Part shown: piece by piece, positions 13,310 to 24,359 of the stretch
How the letters are laid out: each line of letters opens with the position of its first letter
Numbering within the stretch: position 1 is the first letter of the stretch
NCBI RefSeq assembly: GCF_001194135.2
Contig: NC_068981.1
Span: 102,693,485-102,753,923 of the forward strand
Direction: 5' to 3'
Origin: Octopus bimaculoides
Lineage: Eukaryota
Length of the DNA stretch: 60,439 nt
Notes under the pieces: generated by a model
What the model saw: the letters and a program-made list of their open reading frames with translations, nothing else
Told to the model about the DNA's origin: nothing
The model's database searches: none
Program-made: the position numbers and the translations under genes

Positions 13310-13560
13310 ATATACACTGGCTCTAGCGAGTTCCTCTCCTCAAACGTGAAGATAAACAACGAGTGTCTTCCTGACATGGATAACGGAATGAGAGAAATAT
13401 ATCCCCATGGATTTAACAGAGTTCGGTCCTATATTCTGAGAATATTACGGAATACGACAGGCACCTGAAGAAGGCTGACAGTTACAACGAACGAATGTTT
13501 GTTATTATAATTAAAATAAGCATTTCAGTCTGAATCTATGAATAAATGACTGATGATAAT
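13310..13560 (+). mobile_element. Penelope-like pLTR fragment with eroded hammerhead
   Basis: cac-CTGAAGA-a-ggctg-acagtta-caac-gaacg at 13461-13495 is an eroded CUGAAGA-A-stemII-GAAAC motif. Confidence 0.4.
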
Positions 13561-13815
13561 TCCTTATCTTAGAAAATCCCAGAAAAGTGACCAAAGGTTT
13601 TAAACATTTGTTTTAAAAATTAAAATTGTTATGTCCTAGTACAATTCGATTCAAATATACACAACGTAGAGATATACTTACCTAATAACTGATCCAATGG
13701 TTCAATATCTAGAAGAAAGAATTTTCAGACTTACGTTCCAAATTAAATACATTGCAAATTAAATATAACTTCAGACGTTTAATATGAAAATTCTAATTTT
13801 CAGACCTATATACTA

Positions 13816-14212
13816 TTTTACTTGTTTCAGTCATTTGACTGTGGCCATGCTGGAGCACCGCCTTTAGTCGAGCAAATCGACCCCAGGACTTATTCTTTGT
13901 AAGCCTAGTACTTATGCTATCGGTCTCTTTTGCCGAACCGCTAAGTTACGGGGACGTAAACACACTAGCATCGGTTGTCAAGCGATGTTGGGGGCAGGGG
14001 ACAAATACAGACACACAAACATACACACACGCACATATATATATACATATATACGACGGGCTTCTGTCAGTTTCCGTCTACCAAATCCACTCACAAGGCT
14101 TTGGTCGGCCCGAGGCTATAGTAGAAGACACTTGCCCAGAATGCCACGCAGTGGGATTGAACGCGGAACCATGTGGTTGGTAAGCAAGCTACTTACCACA
14201 CAGCCACTCCTG
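13816..14212 (-). mobile_element. Full-length SINE family A (tRNA head, CORE-like body, internal microsatellite, tail)
   Basis: Head ggagtggctgtgtggtaag...ggttccgcgttcaatccc, body ctgggcaagtgtcttctactatagcctcgggccgacc, tail ccagcatggccacagtcaaatgactgaaacaagtaaaa. Resembles the octopus OR-type tRNA SINEs (assignment from memory). Confidence 0.85.
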
Positions 14213-14939
14213 TGCCTATATATGCATAAAATATATAACTCACAAAAACTATGTTCAACCTTCGGTAACTTTTGATTCAATAGAAGTAGTTGGTTTTTCC
14301 GCATTTCTTTGTATTGAATGTCCTCCGCCATTTCACTAAATATTGTGTATAGTATTTATGTTTTTTTTCTCTCCTGACATGTATCGACATTTTGTTAATT
14401 CGGTAGCATTCATGTTGTACTTGTTACATTTCTGTTTTCAGGGTCATTCAGATTTTAAAAAGGAAGCTATAGTTAATCGCATGAAGTAATTCAATTTTTC
14501 TCAATTTCAAGAAAATTAAGCTTGTGTGAATGTTTGTGTGTGTGTGTGTGAGAGAGAAAGTGTGAGAGAGAATGATAGAGATAGAGGGAGGGAGGCTGCG
14601 TGTGTTTATATGTATGAGGGAGAGAATGAGTAACCGTGCGTGTGTTCGCGCGCGCGCGCATTCTTTTATTCTTTCTCGCATCAGTCAGTGCTAGGGAACC
14701 ACCTTGAAGTGTTTAGTCAATCAAATCGCTCCTAGTACTAATCTAAAGCACTGGGGTAGATTGCTCTGGTAGACTGTGTACTGGGAGAACTTATTGTAAC
14801 AGTCGTTGTTTTCCGATCGGTATCGAAATATTTATGTAAATATATATTATATCGATAAATGGATGACGATGTTTGCTGAAGAAGATTGCGTTGGATTTTT
14901 TAACGAATATGTTAACAGAATTAAGGAATGGAAATAATA

Positions 14940-15635
14940 GTTTCAAACTTTGGCAGAAGACCAGCAATTTAGGGGTGGGGAGGGACTAAGTCGATTACAT
15001 CGAGCCCATAGTTCACTGGTACTTATTCTATCGACTTCGAAAGGATGAAAGGCAAAGTCCTCGGCGGAATTTGAACTCAGAACGTANNNNNNNNNNNNNN
15101 NNNNNNNNNNNNNNNNNNNNNNNNNNNNNNNNNNNNNNNNNNNNNNNNNNNNNNNNNNNNNNNNNNNNNNNNNNNNNNNNNNNNNNNNNNNNNNNNNNNN
15201 NNNNNNNNNNNNNNNNNNNNNNNNNNNNNNNNNNNNNNNNNNNNNNNNNNNNNNNNNNNNNNNNNNNNNNNNNNNNNNNNNNNNNNNNNNNNNNNNNNNN
15301 NNNNNNAGGTGACCTCGGTGGAATTTGAACTCAGAAGGCAAAGACGGACGAAATGCTGCTAAGCCTTTTGTTCGGCATGCTAACGATTCTGCCAGCTCGC
15401 CACCTTTAGCAATGGTTAGTAATAATCCTTTGTTATAGGCACAGGGTGTGAAATTTTGTGGGGAGGTGACTAGTCGATTACACCGACTCTAGTACGTGAC
15501 TGGCACTTATTTAATCGACTCTGAAAGGCAAAGGTGACCTCGGTGGAATTTGAACTCAGAAGGCAAAGACGGACGAAATGCCGCTAAGCCTTTTGTTCGG
15601 CATGCTAACGATTCTGCCAGCTCGCGGCCTTAAGT
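14940..15635 (-). mobile_element. Head-to-tail cluster of SINE family B copies across a gap
   Basis: Copies at 14940-15087, 15307-15408 and 15422-15632. Confidence 0.85.
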
Positions 15636-16059
15636 AATGGAAATAATGAATAAGAGTTTAAGTTGAAGTTATTTATTTTTGCCTTTGTTGTGTTGTATAT
15701 GTATATAGCACAGTTTGTAGTTTTATTAAATGTATGTATATTTATGGTAATGTAAGGTGCGACAATTGATTTTATTCAAAACATGTAATCCTTTACAAAA
15801 CATTTTAATGTTTACATTCTTTTACAATTCTGTGACAAGTTAAAGTCGTTTTATAGTAAGTAGTTTTCATCTGATTTACTAAATGTATTTATATTAACAT
15901 TAAAGTAAGGCACGACAATTTTTATTATGCAAAACTTGTAATCTTACATAAATCTTTTAAATGTTTACTTTCTTTTATAACTCCGTGACAAATAATCACT
16001 AATGTCAATGACTCTTCAGAGAATAAAATTCGCACAATTCTGTAGTGAAGAACATTTAG

Positions 16060-16203
16060 GTTGACGATGACGGAATCGAGATTGACGACATCTTAATCAA
16101 GACTGGCGCTAACGAATTTAAGGATGATGATGATGAATTTGAAGCTGATAATGACATATTTGAGAAGAGAGGACCCAATATATGTTGCATATGTAATATG
16201 TAA
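16060..16203 (+). CDS. Candidate terminal coding exon of a prohormone/peptide-precursor-like protein
   Basis: After tttag the frame reads VDDDGIEIDDILIKTGANEFKDDDDEFEADNDIFEKRGPNICCICNM, then TAA TGA. Acidic spacer, dibasic KR, Cys-rich decapeptide. The acceptor pyrimidine tract is weak and no upstream exon was found. Confidence 0.45.
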   Translation, partial: VDDDGIEIDDILIKTGANEFKDDDDEFEADNDIFEKRGPNICCICNM

Positions 16204-16328
16204 TGAGTTATGGCTTCGGCTTTGATCCATAGTTTATCAGTCAATTGTCTAACGAATAATGTAAATTTCATGTCTTCGATTTCATTCCATAATTTGGTAG
16301 GTAGGGAATTCATATATATATATGTATA

Positions 16329-16367
<39 letters not shown>

Positions 16368-17312
16368 NNNNNNNNNNNNNNNNNNNNNNNNNNNNNNNNN
16401 NNNNNNNNNNNNNNNNNNNNNNNNNNNNNNNNNNNNNNNNNNNNNNNNNNNNNNNNNNNNNNNNNNNNNNNNNNNNNNNNNNNNNNNNNNNNNNNNNNNN
16501 NNNNNNNNNNNNNNNNNNNNNNNNNNNNNNNNNNNNNNNNNNNNNNNNNNNNNNNNNNNNNNNNNNNNNNNNNNNNNNNNNNNNNNNNNNNNNNNNNNNN
16601 NNNNNNNNNNNNNNNNNNNNNNNNNNNNNNNNNNNNNNNNNNNNNNNNNNNNNNNNNNNNNNNNNNNNNNNNNNNNNNNNNNNNNNNNNNNNNNNNNNNN
16701 NNNNNNNNNNNNNNNNNNNNNNNNNNNNNNNNNNNNNNNNNNNNNNNNNNNNNNNNNNNNNNNNNNNNNNNNNNNNNNNNNNNNNNNNNNNNNNNNNNNN
16801 NNNNNNNNNNNNNNNNNNNNNNNNNNNNNNAGGAAAAGGCTACGAATACAAGAGTAAGAAAGGCTAGGAATAGAAGAGGGAGAGAGAGAAAGAGAGTAAG
16901 TGGAAAGGCTAGAATAGAAGCGACAGGATGAGAGAATTTAGGCTCTTTTTCTTCCTTTCTTAGACAGGTCCCTGAGCCGACCAGTTGCAAATTCTTTCGC
17001 CTAAATCCACACTCTGTGCCTTTTTGCTTGTTTTATTTCGTTTTGTTTGCTCTTGTCCCTCATTCTTCGCAAGAAAACTTTTTTTGCGGGCACCACCAGT
17101 TGGGAAGCATTCTGTCTTATCGACAACGGTGCAAAACTGAAGAGTATCATTGGTCGATAACTGATGAAGAATTATGGACTTTCTGTTTGTCTCCCGTTTG
17201 TTTTTACGTGCAGTATAGTTATGTCGTTTGTTTATACATTTTTTCATTTATCAAGTAATGGAACGCAATACACACCGAATTTGTGTGTGTATATATACAT
17301 ATATATAAACAC

Positions 17313-17700
<388 letters not shown>

Positions 17701-18486
17701 GAGGTAGGTAGGTAAACAGACACGTCTCTGATAGCAAAAATGAGAGACTCATGCTTAAAGGTTCCGTCGTCGAGCACATAGTCACATATTAAAGACGACT
17801 GTACACATCAACAAGTGTGTAAGTAAGCTCACACATGCATATGTGCGTGTATGCGTATGTGTATGTGCTTGCGTGTGCGTGTGAAGAAGGGTGGATTGTT
17901 AGATCGAGTCTCATACATAGATATGAATGAAGCATATTCTTGCGCAAATATTGATATAGCGCGGAACGCAGTAAATAACAGCTGCGCCCATTCTTTTTTC
18001 TTCTCTTATCTGCATTTTCGCTTCTGGCAGGTCTTCCTCGAATCTGTAACATTCATTGACATTTCTGAGTTCAAAGGTCAACTGGTGTCATTTCAGCTCG
18101 TTAATCTGTGTTCTTTATTTATCAAATTACACTTTTACTCACACATTTAAGCGCGCGCGCACACGTATACGCATATACGCACACTCAAGCGAACGTATGC
18201 TTACATATTTACATACATCTATACAAAGATATTGCATTTGTTTATATATATATATATATATATATNNNNNNNNNNNNNNNNNNNNNNNNNNNNNNNNNNN
18301 NNNNNNNNNNNNNNNNNNNNNNNNNNNNNNNNNNNNNNNNNNNNNNNNNNNNNNNNNNNNNNNNNNNNNNNNNNNNNNNNNNNNNNNNNNNNNNNNNNNN
18401 NNNNNNNNNNNNNNNNNNNNNNNNNNNNNNNNNNNNNNNNNNNNNNNNNNNNNNNNNNNNNNNNNNNNNNNNNNNNNNNNNNNNNN

Positions 18487-18541
<55 letters not shown>

Positions 18542-19111
18542 ATAGATTGATAGATATGCATGAATGTATGTTTGCGTGTGTTCTTGTATGAGATATATCT
18601 ATATACACGCACGCACTCATACATGCACGTATACATATATGCATGCATATATACCTACCCACCTATATACATACATACATACATACATACATACATACAT
18701 ACATACATACATACTTACGCATCGTAGTATGATGGATGAGGTACTTGCAAATTGCCGTTTCTTTTAAATATTGAAATAACTGAACAATTCCACTTCGTTT
18801 TCCTCAACAACTTCCCTGCCAATTATGGTTTCCCATGATCGTGTCTCCTGTATGGTATGTGGGTAGTATGAGCATGTATGGTGTAAGTTAGAGGAACAAG
18901 TGGAAAAGGTTCGATTTCCCACGCCGTAAGCTTCAGATTTACAGTATAAATTGTAAGCTGCAAATTCTTCCTGCTAGAAACTTTTGGTTAATGATTAATG
19001 ATTATGTGATTAAGGTCAAACTTATTGAGAAAGAGATCGTCGCTCATCATTGTAGTCAAGTAATGAATGGATTTTGATAGCTTGAATGTATGCATATGTG
19101 TGTGTGACTTT

Positions 19112-19276
19112 AGAGGCTTAGGCGTGGCTGTGTGCTAAGAAGTTTGCATCCCAACCAACATGTTTCCGAGTTCTGTTCCACTGCGTGGCACCTAAGGTCT
19201 TCTATTATAGCCTCGGGCTTACCAAAGCCTTGCGAGTGAGTTTGATAGACAGAAACTGAAGAAAGCCCGTCGTATA
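19112..19276 (+). mobile_element. SINE family A, 5' half
   Basis: ggcgtggctgtgtgctaagaagtttgcatcccaacc...ctactatagcc-like body...gaaagcccgtcgtata. Confidence 0.8.
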
Positions 19277-19419
19277 TACCAGATTGAATCAAAAGATTTT
19301 TCGCATTTTCACCAATGATTTTTGGCAACTTGTATCTCCATGATATAACGTTAATTTGATACAACCTGTTATCTAATCGTTGCTGAATATGAATTGAATA
19401 TATTTTATTGCCTATTTTA

Positions 19420-19949
19420 TAGCTGCGGAATATGAAAGGTTTAGTCCACTTTGAACTTTTAAACCCAAACCAAACGATAACAAAGGAGATCTACTGTGAG
19501 TAGCTTGAGTGGCTAAAGTCAGCGCTAGAAGAGAAACGGCTATCTTTGGTTTCAAGACGAAAGATGTTCTTCCATTAGGATAATGCTCGGCCACATACAT
19601 CGAAGATGACATTCCAAAGGCTGAAACAGTTTGCATGGGAAACGATGCCCTACCCACCATATTCGCCGGACATTTCCCCATCTGATTATCATTTATTTTG
19701 CAGTCTTCAAAATCATTTGGACAGGAAAATATGAATTATGTAGACGAGGTCAGAATAGTACTGGAGGAGTATTTTTCGTCACGGACCAGGGAATTTTGGA
19801 AGAGGGGCCTTAAAGTATACCAGATAGATGGAAGAGCATTGTAGAAAATGAAGGAGAGTATATTTTAGATTTAAAAAGAACTTTGTTTATCTTAATTTTG
19901 AAAAATAAAAGTATAAAAAAAACCGCATTAGTTATGGGATGACCCAATA
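19420..19949 (+). mobile_element. mariner (D34D) transposase C-terminal half plus 3' TIR, pseudogenised
   Basis: NMKGLVHFELL...FH*DNARPHTSKMTFQRLKQFAWETMPYPPYSPDISPSDYHLFCSLQNHL, with 34 residues between the catalytic Ds. Ends aaccgcattagttatgggatgacccaaTA. Confidence 0.9.
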
Positions 19950-20011
19950 TATTACTTGTTGGCGTGGCTTTGCGGTAAGAAGCTTACTTCCCAACGACAC
20001 GGTTTCGGGTT

Positions 20012-21450
20012 CTCCAAATATCTCGACCTCCCGTTTCATATCCATGACACTAACCACGTCCTTCCCCTCTTCAATTCCTCTCCTTCCCTTAGCGCCTCCT
20101 TTTCACATGGACATAAAATCCCTGTACACTGTGATCCCCCACAATGACGGCCTCCTAGTCCTCCAATACTTCCTCAACCGTCGCCCCGAACCCACTGCTA
20201 GGACTTCCACCCTTCTCCACCTAGCAGAACTCGCCCTCACTCTCAACTGCTTTACGTTCGCAGGAGAGATTTACCAGCATTTGTCTGGCGTCGCTATTGG
20301 GACGAGAATAAACCCCAATTTTGCCAACTTATTTGTTGGCTACGTTGAGGCCCAAAATTCTCACAGTTCTCCGGACCGACCCCAGAGCTATACGGTTGCT
20401 ATATAGACAACTCTATAGGTGCTACCTCACTCTCCCGCGAACAGCTCTCCCATTTCAACTCTTTCGTTTCTAACTTCAACCCTTTTCTCCAATTCACCTC
20501 TAACATCTCCAATTCACCTTTACTTCCATAAACTTCCTCGATATCTCTCTCTCCATTAATCTCCTCTCCCACTCTTTCACCACCACCGCCTTATTTAAAC
20601 CCACAGACCCCCACCACTACCTCAACTTATTCCTCCTCCCATCCTTCCCACACCAAATGAGCCATCCCCTACTCCCAGTTCCTCCGCTTCCGACGCCTGT
20701 GAAACCGGGACCAGAATTTCGAAACCCAGTCCCAATACCTGGCCCTGTTGTTCATGCGTATTGGATACCATTCCATCCTTTTGCAAACTACCCTTACCCA
20801 CACTCGTCAAATCGATTGCACTACCGCCCTCTCTCCTTCCTCACACCGACCTCCAACCACATTCCCTTTCCCCTCCTTTTCCACCCTCCAGCCTACCACT
20901 TCGTCGGAAGATCCTGCGGGCCTCCAGCTAGATCCCACCCATATTTTCCCTAACCCATCCTTTCCCTCCTTCAAATGCGCCTGTAACCTACGCGATCTAC
21001 TGGTCCGTAGCTCCCTTCCCCCTCCATTCCAACCGAAGCCGGATCCTTCCCTTGCTCCAGGGCCCGTTGTCACACCTTTCATCACCCACACCACCCTTTC
21101 ATCACCCACACCAACTCCCTCACTTGATCTAACCAGCACACCCTCTACATTAGGAACTCCTCCTTCACTTCTTCAAGCCTCATTTACTGCATCATTTATT
21201 ACAACTTTACATTAGCTAGCCGACAGATTCACCGAACACCTACGAGACGTTCGTTTACGTAAGAACACCCCTGTCGCAAGTCAGTTTCTCTTGGCCGACC
21301 ACTCTACTTCAGATATCACCGTCTTCGGCCTTGCCCTACACCATGGATCTATCAACTCTAGACTCCACCTGCAACAGCATTACATTTTCTCTCTACGTAG
21401 CCAAACTTCTTTCAGAATCAACACAACCCCCTCCTCTCAGTGACTTTCCC
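20012..21450 (+). mobile_element. Penelope-like retroelement (Neptune-like), RT through GIY-YIG, degenerate
   Basis: FHMDIKSLYTVIPHNDGL...LNCFTF...GVAIGTRINPNFANLFVGYVE (RT), FKCACNLRDLLVRS linker, then LIYCI...LADRFTEHLRDVR (EN). Many frameshifts. Confidence 0.85.
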
Positions 21451-22170
21451 CACACATTATACTGTTTAAAAAACTTTTTATTCAATCTTTTTATCTCCCT
21501 TTTTTTTTATTCATTTTCTTTTCCTTTATTTTTGCTTTATTATTTTTTATAATTTTCAAAATAATTTTAAAATAAATCTTTTAATAATAATTCAATAATT
21601 TAATAATCTAAAAAAAATTTTTAATAATTTCTTAATAATTTTTATTTGTTACTGATCCTATTTCTGTTACCGAATTTCTTTCTGTTACTGATTTATTCAC
21701 TTAATCCTTTTCATTTTTAATTATTACAAATTTTTATTTTTCAGTTTCCATTATTTTTTATTATTTATTTGTTAATTTTGTTATGTATTATTTGTATTAT
21801 TTCTATTTTTCGTAACTTGTATTTTTCACTGTTTATTTGTATCATTTCTTACTTTTTATATTCTTATACCACACACCACACACACACACTCACACAAACG
21901 TACACACCTACACACACTCACACCTGCGTGCGCACCTTCCCACCCCGTGCGCACGCACACACACACACGCACACGCACTCTCACACAAACAGACATACAC
22001 ACGTACATACACACATATGCCCGCACACATAATACCCCCAATCTTGGCTATACCAATGCACCCACACACACACTCTTTCTCACCCCACTACATTCACATT
22101 CACCCATTCTCACACCCTCTTCTGGCTGCCTCTGACCTACTATTGACCCTTACATCTCCGCACACACGCC

Positions 22171-22306
22171 CACCAAATCCACCCACAAGGCTTTGGTCGG
22201 CCCTAGGCTATAGTAGAAGACACTTGCCCAATGTGCCACGCAGTGGGTGTGCACCCGGAACCATTTGGTTGGGAAGCAAGCTTCTTACCACACAGCTACT
22301 CCTACG
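22171..22306 (-). mobile_element. SINE family A, 5' half
   Basis: caaggctttggtcggccctaggctatagtagaagacacttgccc...gcttcttaccacacagctac. Confidence 0.8.
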
Positions 22307-22347
22307 CTTATACCACTCCTGATATATATATTGATAGATATATTAAA

Positions 22348-22422
<75 letters not shown>

Positions 22423-23056
22423 GCGTATATATATATACGCATACGTATGTATTTATTTATACATTGCTCAGTATATACTTTACAATACTTATATTACGAT
22501 ATCGGTATACATCCATATATGTACATCGTAATGTAAGATTTGTAAAGTCAATTAAAATCATATTTTATACAGTTCAAATGTTATCTGATATAGAACTCAA
22601 TACATGGGTAGAGTAGATAGATATGTTTGATTGTATCAAGAGCTGGTATACTAAAGACATTCTATTCTGAGTTTTGTCCCGTGCTGGGTTATTAACGATA
22701 GTCTTGAACAGTCTAACTCACAGCAAGGCCCTGTGTAGACTGTCAACTTTTGATATGATAAACATACATGTACATATAACAGACACACGCATATTTATAT
22801 ATACATACATGCATGCATACATACATACGTACATTCATACACGCATGCATACATGCATGCAAGAAGGCAAGCAGGAATACATACGTACACATGCATACGC
22901 ATATATTTATGCATACAAGGATACATACAGATACATATATACTAACAGATACATACATATATGCATACATACATACATACATACAAACAGACATACATAC
23001 AGACAGACATACATACTTTCACATATATACATACATACATGCTTACACACATACAC

Positions 23057-23096
<40 letters not shown>

Positions 23097-23344
23097 GAAA
23101 TTGGGATCTTTAAGTCGATTGTCTCCTGAAACCTTAACTGTCAACTTAGACAGTAATTATAACCACTCGGATTTCGCTTTATTCCCACCGCCGTTGCTAC
23201 CAGTTCAGCTCACTTTGCGCGATGTGTCGACCGACCCTTCCACCAACAACCACCACCACCACCACCACCATCATCATCATCAATAACAAATTACAGTAAA
23301 AGCAACAATTAAATGAAATTATTCGATATATTGAACTTTAAGAT

Positions 23345-23372
23345 TGCCTCTCGATTATTATTATCATTATTG

Positions 23373-23439
<67 letters not shown>

Positions 23440-23450
23440 CATTATTGTTG

Positions 23451-23501
<51 letters not shown>
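23345..23501. repeat. (ATT)n microsatellite
   Basis: Long interrupted ATT array. Source of the spurious poly-I, poly-Y and poly-L ORFs. Confidence 0.95.
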
Positions 23502-23503
<2 letters not shown>

Positions 23504-23841
23504 TGATTTTTGCCTTTTTTTTTAATTTGGATTCGTATTGTTGAGGGAGGTGGGTCGGTTTGAAATGTGACCTCCACTAGATCTCAACTAAATCTGAGAC
23601 TAGCAGGCACCAATCACTCTCATATTTCTTCAACATACGTATGAATGTATACTCGTACATCTATGTACGTGCACGCCCATAATTTTATTTATTTATTTAT
23701 TTTTCTGTATTTAGTTTGTAAATACATACAAACATACATGTAGACTATAACATATGTATTGTTTTACAAGAGGAAAGTAAATTGCATCTTCCGTTCTAAC
23801 TATACAACCCACAAACACAGCTAAATTAATACGTGTATTGT

Positions 23842-23880
23842 TATAAAAGGGGCGGTTGAGATAAAGTATAGGCAGTCGAA
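23842..23880 (+). promoter_or_regulatory. Possible TATA/GC-box/Inr core promoter
   Basis: TATAAAA at 23842, GGGGCGG immediately after, and Inr-like GCAGTC with its A 32 nt downstream. Motif spacing only. Confidence 0.2.
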
Positions 23881-24277
23881 CGCTGGACTCGCTCATGTTC
23901 CTGCTTTGTGTTTTTACTGTATCTAGGTGTTCATTTCATACCGTGATAGATTTATTCTTAACATAGCATACTGGACTGTTTTAACAGCATTTTAGGCCCC
24001 AAGGGCGAATCAATGCATGTGACGCTATAGAATTTATTTGTTGACATCAGGCCACAACAGGCATACATTGCAACTGGATGCCCTAGGCCCTTGGGGCCCT
24101 TGGGGCCTCTGAGCATCTAACTGCCCTGTGTGGGATTGTATGCATATTTATTATCTTTCCCGGCTCAAAACATTTCTTTTGGCGAATAGGAATAATCGAC
24201 ATTCCATAAGGCTGGTGTGCATGTTTTTAGATATCCGTTGTCGATCAGTTATGCGAATGAGATATAAATTTCCCCCT

Positions 24278-24311
<34 letters not shown>

Positions 24312-24359
24312 GGTGCTGGCATGGCTGTGTGGTAAGAAGCTTGTTTCCCAACCAATAGT

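Noticed and set aside
14441-14485. Upstream exon for the 16060 candidate (GHSDFKKEAIVNRM)
   Set aside because: The only plausible donor leaves phase 2, which is incompatible with the phase-0 acceptor.
17137-17175. CTGAAGA/CTGATGA as a hammerhead core (also 16014, 32066 and 49685)
   Set aside because: No correctly placed GAAA or stems I/III.
16964-17258. Open frame after ttcctttcttag
   Set aside because: Compositionally biased peptide with no motif and no donor.
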